Positions 1-12,944 of a stretch of 28,116 nucleotides of DNA are shown here, piece after piece. How positions within the stretch are numbered: the first letter of the stretch is position 1; each line of letters starts with the position of its first letter. Source of the stretch: Gemmatimonadota bacterium (GTDB taxonomy: Bacteria > Gemmatimonadota > Gemmatimonadetes > Gemmatimonadales > Gemmatimonadaceae); the NCBI GenBank assembly GCA_031372565.1, contig JANMLN010000100.1:1-28116 (forward strand). Direction: 5' to 3'. Both the position numbers and the translations under genes were made by a program. The notes beneath the pieces are model-generated. The model made no database searches. It worked only from the letters and a program-made list of their open reading frames with translations, and was not told the DNA's origin.

Positions 1-23
1 ATTGGGCGCTTCCTCACCCAGAC

Positions 24-55
24 CGGGGCGACACCTCTGGCGCGGGGCCGCCCCG
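24..55 (-). terminator. GC-rich hairpin downstream of the ccm operon, possible terminator
   Basis: On the minus strand CGGGGCGGC pairs with GTCGCCCCG (one G-U pair), about 25 nt after the stop at 79; no clear U-tract. Confidence 0.35.
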
Positions 56-78
56 TTCACGTTCACGGCCCTCGCGCG

Positions 79-567
79 TTACGCCGCGGCCAGCCCCTTT
101 CCGCAGTGGCTGCAGTACGAGGCGCCATCTTCGCGCACCAACTCGCGGCAGCGCGGACACTTCTCCGGCAGGAAGGTGCCGCACGTCGAGCACCAGACGG
201 CCCCCGCCTCCGGGCGCGGCCCGCAGCTTCGGCAGGCCGTGCTCGCCTCGCGCCAGGCAGCGATCATCGCCTCGGGGTCGCGCGCGGCCGCAGACTGCCC
301 CACCGGCTGCCGGGACTCCCGTTCGAGTTGCGCCAGCGCCTGCGGCCGATACCGAGCGGAGAGTGTCGCGTAATCGTCATCGGAGAGCTTGCCGGTGGCG
401 CGATCAAACTCCACCTCACGCAGGGCACCAATCGCATCTTCGCGCTCGTCCTCGACGGGCGCCGAGACGCGCACGGTCACGCCGCGCGCACTGCGCACCA
501 TCGGCAGGAGCACGAACGCGAGGGCGATGAGGGCGAGCACGCCGCCCAACGTGAAGGACAGGATCAC
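79..567 (-). CDS. CcmI-like membrane-anchored protein with C-terminal double zinc ribbon (162 aa)
   Basis: GTG start with GAGGAG upstream; N-terminal TM helix; LREVEFDRATGKLSDDDYATLSARY resembles the CcmI N-terminal loop; four CxxC pairs (CRSC, CSTC, CPRC, CSHC); directly downstream of ccmF. Confidence 0.75.
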   Translation of the reverse strand: MILSFTLGGVLALIALAFVLLPMVRSARGVTVRVSAPVEDEREDAIGALREVEFDRATGKLSDDDYATLSARYRPQALAQLERESRQPVGQSAAARDPEAMIAAWREASTACRSCGPRPEAGAVWCSTCGTFLPEKCPRCRELVREDGASYCSHCGKGLAAA

Positions 568-577
568 GCGATGCTCC

Positions 578-2605
578 TCAGGCAGCGCCCGCCGCGACCA
601 TGTCAGGCTCGAGCGCCGTCGCGTACCCCGCCTGCGTGCGACGACGCATGGCCGGAGGCCACATGACGATCAGCCCGCCGAGCGCCATGATACCGCCACC
701 GATCCACACCCAGATCACCAGCGGATTGAAGGTGATGCGCACCTCGGCGCGCTCGCCGGGCGAGACACCAGCCAGCACCACGTACGTGTCGCCCTTGGCG
801 TCGTACTGGATGCCGACCTCGGTGCTCGGCTCGAACGTCGGGTTTCCCTGCGAATCGACGTGTTGCCGCTTCTCGGTCACGATGTTGTCGACGGCCGTGC
901 CATCGCGCGTGACCTGCAGGTTGAGCGCCACGACCTGGCGATTGAGCTGCTCGTAGCGCGAGAGCCCGAGGCTCGTGAAGCGCCACTCGCGCCCCCACGC
1001 ATCCTTGGCCGCGAACGTCTCACCCGGCCGCAGCGTGAGATCGAACTCCTTGCGGAACGCGAGCCCCGCGAAGGCGGCGAAGACCATGGCCATGCCGGCG
1101 TGCACGATGTAGCCGCCATACCGGCGCCGATTGCGCGCCACGAGCCGCACCGACGCCTGCAGCAACGTGTCGCCGTACATCGTCCGCCGCGCGCCGATGC
1201 CCTTCCAGAACTCCTGCGTGATGGTGCCCGTGACGAAGGCGGCAATCGTGTAGGCCACGAGCGCGTAGGGCTCTCGCATGCCGGCAATGGCGAGCGCACC
1301 ACCGAAGCAGAGGCCGAACACGACGGGGCCGGTGAACTGGCGCCGCAGGTTGGACACGCTCGCACGCCGCCACGCGATCAGCGGTCCGACCCCGGTGAGC
1401 GCGAACAGGAGCAGCCCGAGCGGAATGTTGACCGTGTTGAAGAAGGGAGGGCCCACGGTGATCTTCGAACCCTTGACCGCCTCGGAGAGCACCGGGAAGA
1501 GCGTGCCCCAGAGCACGCTGAAGGTGATGCCGACGAACAGCAGGTTGTTGTACAGGAAGGCCGCCTCGCGGCTGACGAGGCTCTCGAGTTCGGCCTGCGG
1601 CCGCATGTCGTCGAGGCGCGTGGCCACGAGAATCGCGCTCGCGATCGTCGCGATGACGAGGAAGACCGCGAACCACTGCCCCACCGGCGACTGGGCGAAC
1701 GCGTGCACGCTCTGCACGATCCCCGACCGGGTGAGGAAGGTGCCGAGAATCGCCAGCAGGAAGGTCGTGATCACCAGCAGCACGTTCCACTTCCGCAGCA
1801 TGCCGCGCTTCTCCTGCACCATGATGCTGTGCAGGAACGCGGTGCCGGTGAGCCACGGCAGGAGCGACGCGTTCTCGACGGGATCCCAGGCCCAGTAGCC
1901 GCCCCAGCCCAGTTCCACGTAGGCCCACCACATGCCGAGCGTGATGCCGATCGTCAGGAAGAACCAGCTCACCAGCGCCCAGCGCCGCACCGCGCCCAGC
2001 CATTCGGCGTCGAGCTTGCGCGCGAAAAGCGCCCCAATCGCAAAGGCGAACGGGACCGCAGTCGCGACGTAGCCCAGGTACAGGTTCGGCGGATGAATCG
2101 CCATGCCCGGGTTCTGCAGCTGCGGGTTCATCCCGCGGCCATCCGGCGGAATCCAGTCGAGCCGCTCGAACGGATTGGAGCCGAGTGCCGTGACGGCGAG
2201 GAAGAAGGTGAGAATCACGGCCAAGGTGCCCGTGACGTAGGGCATCATGGTGCGATTGGTGTTCCGGTTGGACACCACCGCGATCACGGCGTACACCGCG
2301 AGCACCAATGCCCAGAAGAGCAGCGACCCGCTCTGCCCGCCCCAGAAGGCGGCAATCGTGTAGACCGTGGGCAGGTTGGCGCTCGTGTAGCTCGCGACGT
2401 ACTTGAGCGAGAAATCGTGGGTGATGAGCGCGGTCAGCAGCCCTGCCGACGCCAGCACCGTGAAGCCGGCCGAGGCGTAGATGCCACGCTCACCGCTCAG
2501 CACCAGCTCGCTGCGCTGCAAACGACCGCCGGCGTACGATGCCACCGACGCCCAGATCGCCATCACCAGCGCGATCCAGAGCGACAACTCTCCGATGAGG
2601 ATCAC
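578..2605 (-). CDS. ccmF: Cytochrome c biogenesis heme lyase CcmF (675 aa)
   Basis: WWD motif WGGYWAWDPVENAS, HPPNLYLGY, TRSGIVQSVHAFA and many TM helices; GTG start at 2605 overlaps the ccmE stop (GTGA). Confidence 0.96.
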   Translation of the reverse strand: MILIGELSLWIALVMAIWASVASYAGGRLQRSELVLSGERGIYASAGFTVLASAGLLTALITHDFSLKYVASYTSANLPTVYTIAAFWGGQSGSLLFWALVLAVYAVIAVVSNRNTNRTMMPYVTGTLAVILTFFLAVTALGSNPFERLDWIPPDGRGMNPQLQNPGMAIHPPNLYLGYVATAVPFAFAIGALFARKLDAEWLGAVRRWALVSWFFLTIGITLGMWWAYVELGWGGYWAWDPVENASLLPWLTGTAFLHSIMVQEKRGMLRKWNVLLVITTFLLAILGTFLTRSGIVQSVHAFAQSPVGQWFAVFLVIATIASAILVATRLDDMRPQAELESLVSREAAFLYNNLLFVGITFSVLWGTLFPVLSEAVKGSKITVGPPFFNTVNIPLGLLLFALTGVGPLIAWRRASVSNLRRQFTGPVVFGLCFGGALAIAGMREPYALVAYTIAAFVTGTITQEFWKGIGARRTMYGDTLLQASVRLVARNRRRYGGYIVHAGMAMVFAAFAGLAFRKEFDLTLRPGETFAAKDAWGREWRFTSLGLSRYEQLNRQVVALNLQVTRDGTAVDNIVTEKRQHVDSQGNPTFEPSTEVGIQYDAKGDTYVVLAGVSPGERAEVRITFNPLVIWVWIGGGIMALGGLIVMWPPAMRRRTQAGYATALEPDMVAAGAA

Positions 2606-3060
2606 GTGACTTTGGTGCTCTTTGCGTCCTGATACGCCTTCGTGCCCTTGTACTTCTCCTTGTCGGGCGCGTTCTCGTAGCGCGAGGCACACTTGGCCAG
2701 CAGCACCGTGGCGCGGAAGGTGCCATCACGCCCGAGGCGCCCTTCGACCACGACGTCGACGCTGTCGGTGAAGGTGTCGGGGATGAGGCCGCGGTAGACG
2801 ACCGGGTAGCTGCGGGTGCCGTCGGTCATGTCGAAGGCGACTTCGCGACCGCCGGGGGACCGCTTGATCGAGCCGGATACGACGCGCGCCCCAACCTTGA
2901 CTCCCGTTTCCACGAAGCTCGGATCACCCGCGACCTTGGTCGCGAGCTCACCGGGGGTCAGGTAGTACTGCGCGGTCTCGTTGATCGACGACGCCATCAG
3001 GTACCCGGCAGTGCCGAGGACGAGGACGCCTCCGAGGATGAACTTGGCGCGGGCGTTCAT
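2602..3060 (-). CDS. ccmE: Heme chaperone CcmE, CxxxY variant (152 aa)
   Basis: N-terminal TM, YYLTP, VVYRGLIPDTF, VVVEGRL and LLAKCASRY (Cys in place of the heme-binding His). Confidence 0.93.
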   Translation of the reverse strand: MNARAKFILGGVLVLGTAGYLMASSINETAQYYLTPGELATKVAGDPSFVETGVKVGARVVSGSIKRSPGGREVAFDMTDGTRSYPVVYRGLIPDTFTDSVDVVVEGRLGRDGTFRATVLLAKCASRYENAPDKEKYKGTKAYQDAKSTKVT

Positions 3061-3115
3061 GTGCGGTGGGGCTGTGGGTCGGGCGCGGCCAGCGATATGT
3101 CGCGCCCCGGTCGAG

Positions 3116-3121
3116 AATATA
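3116..3121 (-). promoter_or_regulatory. Putative -10 element (TATATT) of the ccm operon
   Basis: AT-rich TANNNT hexamer in a GC-rich intergenic gap, about 55 nt upstream of the ccmE ATG; no convincing -35. Confidence 0.4.
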
Positions 3122-3165
3122 CGCCTGAGTGCCCCCAGATGCTCCCCACCGGTGGTCGGCTCGGG

Positions 3166-4635
3166 CTACCCCCGGTCGCGGGCGTGGGCGAGGGTCGCCC
3201 GGACCGCCCGGGCCCAGCCGGCGCGCCCGTCCTGTGCCGCGCCGTGTCCCGCCCCGGGGGTGAAACGGGTGAACTGGCGCGAGGCCAGGAACTCCGCGCC
3301 GTTCTTCCAGACGCCCGCCGTCAGTCCCGCCAGTCCGGCGGCGCCGAGCGCCGTGGTCTCGACCATGTCGGGCCGCTCGACCGGCACGCCCAGCACGTCC
3401 GCCTGGAACTGCATGAGCCAGCCGTTGTTCGTGGCACCGCCGTCGACGCGCAGCCGTTCGAAGCGGGTCCCGCTCCGCTCGCGCATGACGCCGAGGACGT
3501 CGGCGGTCCCGTACGCCATGGCTTCGAGCGCGGCGCGCGCGAGATGCGCCCGCGTGGTGCCGCGGGTGAGTCCGACGATCGTGCCGCGCGCGTCGGGCTC
3601 CCAATGCGGTGCACCCAAGCCCACGAGCGCGGGCACGAAGTACACGCCGTCATTGGAGCTAAGGCCGGCGGCCATCGTCTCGGACTCCGCGGCGTTGGTG
3701 AGGAGCCCCAGTCCATCGCGTAGCCACTGGACCGCGGCCCCGGCAATGAAGATCGCGGCTTCGTAGGCGTAGGCCGCCTTGCCCTCGGCGTCGCAGGCCA
3801 GGGTGACCAGCAGGCCATCGCCCGCCGCCGGGCGCGTCACGCCGGTGTTGAGCAGCAGAAAGGCGCCGGTGCCGTACGTGTTCTTTCCTTCGCCGGGCTG
3901 CCAGCACCCCTGCCCGAACAGCGCGGCCTGCTGGTCACCTGCGACGCCAAGGATCGGCATCGTCGGACCGAATGCGGACGTGCTGCCGAAGTCGCCCGCC
4001 GAGGGGCGCACCTCGGGGAGCATCGCGCGTGGAACGTGCAGCAGCGCGCACAGCGTGTCGCTCCAGTCGTGCGCGCCGATGTCGTAGAGCAGCGTGCGAC
4101 TCGCGTTGGTGGGGTCGGTGGCGTGGACGGCACCGTTGGTGAGCTTCCAGATGAGCCAGCTGTCGATCGTACCGAAGGCCAGTTCGCCCTGCTCGGCGCG
4201 CGCCGCAAGACCATGCTGGCGCAGCAGCCACTCGACCTTGGTGCCGGAGAAGTAGGCGTCGACGACGAGGCCGGTGCGCGCGGTGATGTCGGCGGCATGC
4301 GGCGCGAGTTCGGCGCAGCGCGGCGCGGTCCGGCGATCCTGCCAGACGATGGCGCGTGCGACCGGGCGGCCGGTGGCGCGCTCCCACACGACGGTGGTTT
4401 CGCGCTGGTTGGTGATGCCGATGGCGTCCGGCGTGACGCCTGCCTGTGCGACCGCCTCGCGTCCGGCATCGAGCACACCCGTGAGAATATCCATGGCGTC
4501 GTGCTCCACCCATCCCGGCTGCGGGAAGTGCTGCGGCAACTCGCGGTAGGCGCGGCCTGCCACGCGGCCGTCTGCGGCGACGACGAGGCAGGTCGTACCG
4601 GTCGTGCCCTGATCGATGGCAAGGACGTGGCGCAT
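3166..4635 (-). CDS. glpK: Glycerol kinase (489 aa)
   Basis: IDQGTTGT, GITNQRET, WQDRRT, DAYFSGTK, GDQQAALFG, KNTYGTG and LRVDGG motifs; start at ATG 4635 (MRHVLAID), inside the longer computed ORF. Confidence 0.95.
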   Translation of the reverse strand: MRHVLAIDQGTTGTTCLVVAADGRVAGRAYRELPQHFPQPGWVEHDAMDILTGVLDAGREAVAQAGVTPDAIGITNQRETTVVWERATGRPVARAIVWQDRRTAPRCAELAPHAADITARTGLVVDAYFSGTKVEWLLRQHGLAARAEQGELAFGTIDSWLIWKLTNGAVHATDPTNASRTLLYDIGAHDWSDTLCALLHVPRAMLPEVRPSAGDFGSTSAFGPTMPILGVAGDQQAALFGQGCWQPGEGKNTYGTGAFLLLNTGVTRPAAGDGLLVTLACDAEGKAAYAYEAAIFIAGAAVQWLRDGLGLLTNAAESETMAAGLSSNDGVYFVPALVGLGAPHWEPDARGTIVGLTRGTTRAHLARAALEAMAYGTADVLGVMRERSGTRFERLRVDGGATNNGWLMQFQADVLGVPVERPDMVETTALGAAGLAGLTAGVWKNGAEFLASRQFTRFTPGAGHGAAQDGRAGWARAVRATLAHARDRG

Positions 4636-4649
4636 GGCGATCCTGGAAG

Positions 4650-5752
<1,103 letters not shown>

Positions 5753-5756
<4 letters not shown>

Positions 5757-8065
5757 GTCGTCTCCGCGCCCGACGCGGGAAGCTCGAACCAGAAGATGGT
5801 GCGCACGCCGGGTTGCGACTCGACGCCGATGCGGCCGTTGTGCAGTTCGACGATGGACCGCGAGATGGCCAACCCCAACCCGGTACCCGGCTTTCGCGTG
5901 GCGGCGTCACCCACCTGTTGAAAGCGCTGAAAGAGTCGCCCCAACTCATCCGCCGGAATGCCCGGGCCCGAATCCTCGACCTCGACGCGCACGGCACCGC
6001 CGCTCCGACGGGCGCGCACCTTCACCACCCCCCCCGACGGTGAGTACTTGATCGCGTTGGACACGAGGTTGGTGAGCACCTGCAGGATCCGGTCGCGGTC
6101 GCCCACCATGACGGGGGCGCTCTCCGCCTCGGCGAGCAGGCGCACCTGTTGCGTGGCTGCCAGCGGCGCGAGGTCGCGGAGCGCGACGTCGACCGTGTCG
6201 CGTGCCGAGAGCGGTGCGAGCGTGAGCTCGAGCCGGCCCGCTTCGATCTTGTTCAGGTCGAGCAGATCATTCACCAGGCGCGTGAGCCGTTCGGTATTGC
6301 CGAGGGCGATGCCGAGCAGCTCGGCGGCTTTCGGGGGGAGTACCCCGGCGGCACCGCCGCGCACGAGTCCGAGCGCGCCGCGGATGGAGGTGAGCGGGGT
6401 GCGCAGCTCGTGCGAAACCGTGGAGACGAACTCGCTCTTCATGCGATCCACTTCCTTCGGACCCGAGATGTCGCGCAGCACGAGCACGCGCGCCACGCGT
6501 CCGTGGAGCGAGAGCGGGCGCATGGCGATCTCGAGATCGAAGGTGGCGGCGGAGCGGCGGAAGCCGATCGTCTCGATCGTGCCGTCGAGTCCGCCCGAGA
6601 GATAGCCGGCGAGATCCTGCCGCACTTCCGGCGCGACGAGCTGCGTCACCGGGAGCCCGATGAGTTCGTCCTCGCCGATGCCGAACATGCGCGAGACGGC
6701 GCGATTGGCATCGCGGATCTGGCGGTCGACGACGATGACGATGCCGTCGCGGGAGGCGTCGGACAGTCGGCGGAAGCGCTGCTCCGACTCGCGCATCTCC
6801 TCCTCGACGCGCTTCCGCTCGGAGATGTCGTGCATGATGGTGGAGAGGAACCAGACGCCGCCGCGCACGGACTGGTGGGCCACGATCACCTGCGACACGG
6901 GATACTCCGCGCCCTGTTCGTCGCGGACCGCCGTTTCGCCGCTCCAACTGCCGGAGGAGACCGCGGCCGGGATCGCTTCATTGACGATGCGCGCGTACGC
7001 CCAGTCCGGGTGCAGCAGCGAGAGGGGCACCTCGACGACGTCGGCGCGTCCGTGGCGACCGAGCAGCGCACGACCGGCCTCGTTCACGTACGACACGAGG
7101 CCGTTCACGTCCATGATGGCGACGACGTCGGTCGTGGCCTCGAGCGTGGCGATCAGGCGCTCGCGTTCGGACTGGATGGTGGTCTGCGCGGTCACGTCGC
7201 GGAAGACCGCCTCGATGGAGGTGCCCCCGCCTTCTTCATCGCGCCGCCGCAGGTTGCCCGTGACGACGACGCGCCGACCGGTGGCGTGGCGCAAGATGGT
7301 GCCGACGCCGCGCACTTCGCCCGCGGTGTTGGCAAAGTCGAGCGCGATCTCGAAGCTCTCGCGCTGGTCGGTGGCCAGCACATCCGCGACGGTAAGGCCG
7401 GTGATGTCCTCCTCGCGATATCCGAGCGCGTCACGCCAGGCGCGATTGGCATATCGAAGGCGGCCATCGGTACCCACGGCCTGCACGAGGTCGGTGGTGG
7501 AGTCGAGCAGGTCGCGCAGCCGGCGCTCGGAGTTGACCAGCTCGAGCTCCACCGACTCGCGTATGCCGATCTCATCGACGAGCGCGACGGCGGTGGCGGT
7601 GGCATGCGCAATGTCGACCAGCGCTTCGATGTCACTCGCGGTGAAGACGCGCCCGGCATCGTGAAAGACGGCCACACAGCCGCGCACGAGCCCTTCCTGC
7701 GCACTGAACGGCGCGAAGAGCGCGCTGCCGATCGGGCCGTCGGGATCGGACACGAAGGGGGCGACCGCATCGAGGGCATCGGCGTCGGCGAGGACGAGTG
7801 GGGCCTCACCGTGGGCGCCAACGCGCAGGAGCGCGGCGAGTCGCGGGCGGATGGCCGAGAGGTCGTCGACCTCCTCGATCCCGGTGCCATCGAGCGTGGC
7901 CACGGCATTGCCGACCAGCACGCAGAAGACGCCGCGCGTGGCGCCGGTGGCGCGCGTGGCGATGCGCGAGACTCGGCCGAAGTGCGCACCGCGGAGCGCC
8001 TCGGCGAGGGCCGGGGCGACCACGACCCCGGAGGGGCGAAAGGTGGCGGACGGGCGGGAGGCCAT
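5753..8065 (-). CDS. Soluble sensor histidine kinase, GAF-PAS-PAS-PAS-HisKA-HATPase (770 aa)
   Basis: H-box VSHELRTPLTSIRG, N-box NLVSNAIKY, G1 DSGPGI, G2 GTGLGL; three PAS-type segments (YANRAW, YVNEAG, DANRA); GAF-like N-terminus; no TM helix. Confidence 0.92.
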
Positions 8066-8075
8066 GCGTCACCGC

Positions 8076-8136
8076 AAGCTAGCGCGAGGCGGTGGAGCGG
8101 GCGATGCGCAAGACGACTGGCGGCCGACGTTAGCTT
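8076..8136. promoter_or_regulatory. Divergent promoter pair with two TAGCTT -10-like hexamers
   Basis: Minus-strand TCGCCC-N17-TAGCTT (8104-8076) 10 nt before the kinase ATG; plus-strand TAGCTT at 8131-8136 ahead of the enoyl-CoA hydratase gene. Confidence 0.4.
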
Positions 8137-8176
8137 CCACGAGCAGTCGAGCCTCCCGCCCTCCCCCCACCCGCCG

Positions 8177-8956
8177 ATGACGCTCTCCACGCTGACCTTC
8201 GACGTCGCCGACCGGATCGCGACGATCACCGTCAACCGCCCCGACAAGCTCAACGCGCTCAACGCGGACGTGATTCGCGAGCTCGGGCTCGCCATCGACG
8301 ACGCACGATCCCGCGATGATGTCGGCGGCGTCATCCTCACCGGCGCGGGGCGCGCGTTCATCGCCGGCGCCGACATCGGCGGCTTGGCCGAGCGCACGCC
8401 GGTGCAGGCGCATCACCTCGCACGCCACGGGCAGGTGATCTTCCGCAAGTTCGAGACAAGCCCCAAGCCCGTCATCGCCGCCGTCAATGGTTTCGCCTTG
8501 GGCGGCGGGTGCGAACTGGCCATGAGCTGCCATGTGCGCATCGCCAGCGAGTTCGGGAAGTTCGGCCAGCCCGAAGTGAAGCTTGGCCTGGTGCCGGGCT
8601 ATGGCGGCACGCAGCGCCTGGTGCACCTCGTGGGCAAGGGACGCGCGCTCGAGCTGCTGCTGACCGGCGGCATCATCGACGCGACCGAGGCGTATCGCAT
8701 CGGCCTGGTGAACAAGGTGGTACCGGCCGCCGAGCTCATTGGCACGGCGCGCGCGATGCTCACGACGATGCTCAGCAATGCGCCGCTCGCCCTGGCCGGC
8801 TGCATCGAGTTGGCCAACAGTGCATGGGAGTCGGGCCCCGAAGAAGGGCAGATCATGGAAGCGGCACGCTTTGGCGTGCTGAGCGCGAGCAGCGACATGC
8901 GCGAGGGCACGGCCGCGTTTCTCGAGAAGCGTGCGCCCGTCTTCCGGGGCGCGTGA
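8177..8956 (+). CDS. Enoyl-CoA hydratase/isomerase (crotonase family, 259 aa)
   Basis: NRPDKLNAL, AFIAGADI, AVNGFALGGGCELA and FGQPEVKLGLVPGYGG (both catalytic Glu present); ATG at 8177. Confidence 0.93.
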   Translation: MTLSTLTFDVADRIATITVNRPDKLNALNADVIRELGLAIDDARSRDDVGGVILTGAGRAFIAGADIGGLAERTPVQAHHLARHGQVIFRKFETSPKPVIAAVNGFALGGGCELAMSCHVRIASEFGKFGQPEVKLGLVPGYGGTQRLVHLVGKGRALELLLTGGIIDATEAYRIGLVNKVVPAAELIGTARAMLTTMLSNAPLALAGCIELANSAWESGPEEGQIMEAARFGVLSASSDMREGTAAFLEKRAPVFRGA

Positions 8957-8990
8957 TCACGGAGCGGCACCGATCGCACCGGCCGCTGTC

Positions 8991-10139
8991 GTGAGCGCCA
9001 CCACGCTCGAGACGCTCACGATCCGCGACTTCCGCAACCTCGCACACGTGGACCTGGTGCTCCCGCGCGAGGGCGCGGTGGTCGTCGGCGAGAACGGGCA
9101 CGGCAAGACCAACCTGCTCGAGGCGACGTACTACCTGCAGCTCTTGCGCTCGGCACGCGGCGCGCGCGACGCGGAGTTGGTTCGCTTCGGCGGCGAGGGC
9201 TTCCATGTGGCGGCGCGCGGACAGTTTCCCGGCGCACGCGAGGTGCGCGTCGGGTTCGCGAAGACCGGGGCGCGCAAGCGCGTCACGCAGGACGGCGCCG
9301 AGGCGAAGCGGCTGACCGACGCCTTGGGCGGTGTGCCGAGCGTGCTCGTGAGTCCGCGCGATGCCGGCATCGTGGCCGGCGCGCCTGCTGACCGACGACG
9401 CTTCATGGATATCGCGCTCGCGCTCTCGAGCCCCACGTACCTCGCGGCACTCGCGGCGTATCGTGGCGCACTCGGGCGCCGCAATGCGGCGCTGCGCTCG
9501 GGCGCGCGGCACGGTGCGCGCAGTGCCGTGACGGCTGCGCAGGCATGGGAGCCGGCACTGGCGCAGCATGGCGCGGTGCTGCGTGCCGCGCGTCGCGCCT
9601 GGGTGGCCACGTACGCTGACGAGTACACGCGCCTGGTCAGCGCCATCGGCGAGCGACCGGGCAGCGCGATGCACTACCTGGTGCGCGTTGGCGGTGGTGC
9701 CGATGCGCTGCGCGCCTCGGGTGAACAGTCCGACACGGCGGCGGCGCTCATGGCCGAGTTCGATGCGACGCGTGAGCGCGACCTGCGCGCGGGACTCACG
9801 CACGCCGGGCCGCATCGAGATGATCTCGCGCTCACGCTGGCCAGGCGCGACCTGCGCCGATTCGGCTCGGCGGGCCAGCAGCGTTCGTCGGCGCTCGCGC
9901 TTCGCTTGCTCGAGTTGGCGACGTTGCGCGAACGGATCGGCGGCGCGCCGCTGTTGCTGCTGGACGATCCGTTCGCCGAACTGGATGAACGCCGTGCGGC
10001 CTGCGTGTTGGCGCTGTTGGGCGAGGCGGGGATTCGTCAGGTGATTCTGGCGGTTCCACGCGCGAGCGAGATCCCGGTGGGGTTCACGCGACTCGCGCGG
10101 CACGTCATTGCAGACGGCGCGCTGACGGTGGCTGCATGA
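8991..10139 (+). CDS. recF: DNA replication and repair protein RecF (about 382 aa)
   Basis: IRDFRNL, Walker A GENGHGKTNLLEA, PADRRRFMD, GPHRDD, signature SAGQQR, Walker B LLLLDD; GTG start at 8991 inferred. Confidence 0.93.
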   Translation: MSATTLETLTIRDFRNLAHVDLVLPREGAVVVGENGHGKTNLLEATYYLQLLRSARGARDAELVRFGGEGFHVAARGQFPGAREVRVGFAKTGARKRVTQDGAEAKRLTDALGGVPSVLVSPRDAGIVAGAPADRRRFMDIALALSSPTYLAALAAYRGALGRRNAALRSGARHGARSAVTAAQAWEPALAQHGAVLRAARRAWVATYADEYTRLVSAIGERPGSAMHYLVRVGGGADALRASGEQSDTAAALMAEFDATRERDLRAGLTHAGPHRDDLALTLARRDLRRFGSAGQQRSSALALRLLELATLRERIGGAPLLLLDDPFAELDERRAACVLALLGEAGIRQVILAVPRASEIPVGFTRLARHVIADGALTVAA

Positions 10140-10456
10140 GCGAACCCAAGCAGAAGCCCGGACCGGTCAAGCTCGGCGCGATGCTCGCGGGCTTTCTCGA
10201 GGCGAAAGGGATCACGACGCGCATCGAGCCGCTGCGCGTGCTCGAACAGTGGCCGCTTGCCGTGGGCCCGACGGTGGCGGAGGTGACGCGCGCACTGCAG
10301 CTCGACAAGGAGGGGACGCTCATCGTGGATGTGCGCACGCATGCGTGGATGCAGGAGCTCAGTCTGCTGGAACCGGAGCTGTTGCGCGCGTTGCAGAAGC
10401 ACCCTGGCGGCGCGCATGTGCGCAGGATTCGGTGGCGCCTTGGGAGGTCGTGGTAG
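10136..10456 (+). CDS. dciA: DUF721/DciA-family helicase loader (106 aa)
   Basis: W-x-x-A-V-G, GTLIVDV and AWMQELSL pattern; typical position between recF and gyrB; ATGA overlap with recF. Confidence 0.8.
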   Translation: MSEPKQKPGPVKLGAMLAGFLEAKGITTRIEPLRVLEQWPLAVGPTVAEVTRALQLDKEGTLIVDVRTHAWMQELSLLEPELLRALQKHPGGAHVRRIRWRLGRSW

Positions 10457-10518
10457 CGGGCGTCCGGGACGGCTGTCTAAACGGCTGGTGTTCAGTGACT
10501 TAGGGCTGGAATCGGGCG

Positions 10519-12562
<2,044 letters not shown>

Positions 12563-12563
<1 letters not shown>

Positions 12564-12652
12564 TCAGACTGAGCGGAGCGAAGGGGTGCTTGTGGATGCT
12601 GGAAAAGCAGATCCTTCGCTTCGCTCAGGATGACAATGGCGCTCAGGCTGAC
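12563..12652. repeat. REP-like palindromic element (GTCATCCTGAGCGAAGCGAAGG type) with an extra partial arm
   Basis: Arms 12563-12584 and 12613-12634 are inverted at 19/22 positions; inner stem TGCTT/AAGCA; third partial arm CGCTCAGGCTGAC at 12640-12652; fills the gap between two convergent stop codons. Confidence 0.75.
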
Positions 12653-12891
12653 TACGCGCGCCCCTGCTCCCGCTTCACTTCCGCAAACAGCTGCCGCGTG
12701 AACGTGAGCGACGCCCAGCCGATGAGGAACGCCGGTATGGCGCTGGCAATCCAGATTAGCACGCCGTGCGTGGCGTCCACGCCGCCCGTCGGCACCACGC
12801 GACCCGCCATGAACATCAAGCCGTACAACGCGATGCAGGCGCCAACCGAACCGGCTGCCATGAAGGCCTTGAGCTGCGTGGGGATGTTCAT
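12652..12891 (-). CDS. Small hypothetical membrane protein (79 aa, two TM helices)
   Basis: ATG start, two hydrophobic segments, charged C-terminus, GC3-rich codons; fills a gap without overlapping other genes. Confidence 0.7.
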   Translation of the reverse strand: MNIPTQLKAFMAAGSVGACIALYGLMFMAGRVVPTGGVDATHGVLIWIASAIPAFLIGWASLTFTRQLFAEVKREQGRA

Positions 12892-12944
12892 CGGTCGGTT
12901 CGAATCGGAAAGGCGTGAGCGTGCGCGAGACTGTGTGGCGGGTC

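Noticed and set aside
79..250. CxxC motifs as c-type heme attachment sites
   Set aside because: None is followed by His (no CxxCH); they fit zinc ribbons better.
389..2632. 747-aa plus-strand ORF
   Set aside because: Antisense shadow of ccmF; Arg/His/Pro-rich with no motifs, as expected from high-GC codon bias.
6149..8176. Apparent long N-terminal fusion on the enoyl-CoA hydratase (935-aa ORF)
   Set aside because: The extension is antisense to the histidine kinase gene; crotonase homology begins at ATG 8177.
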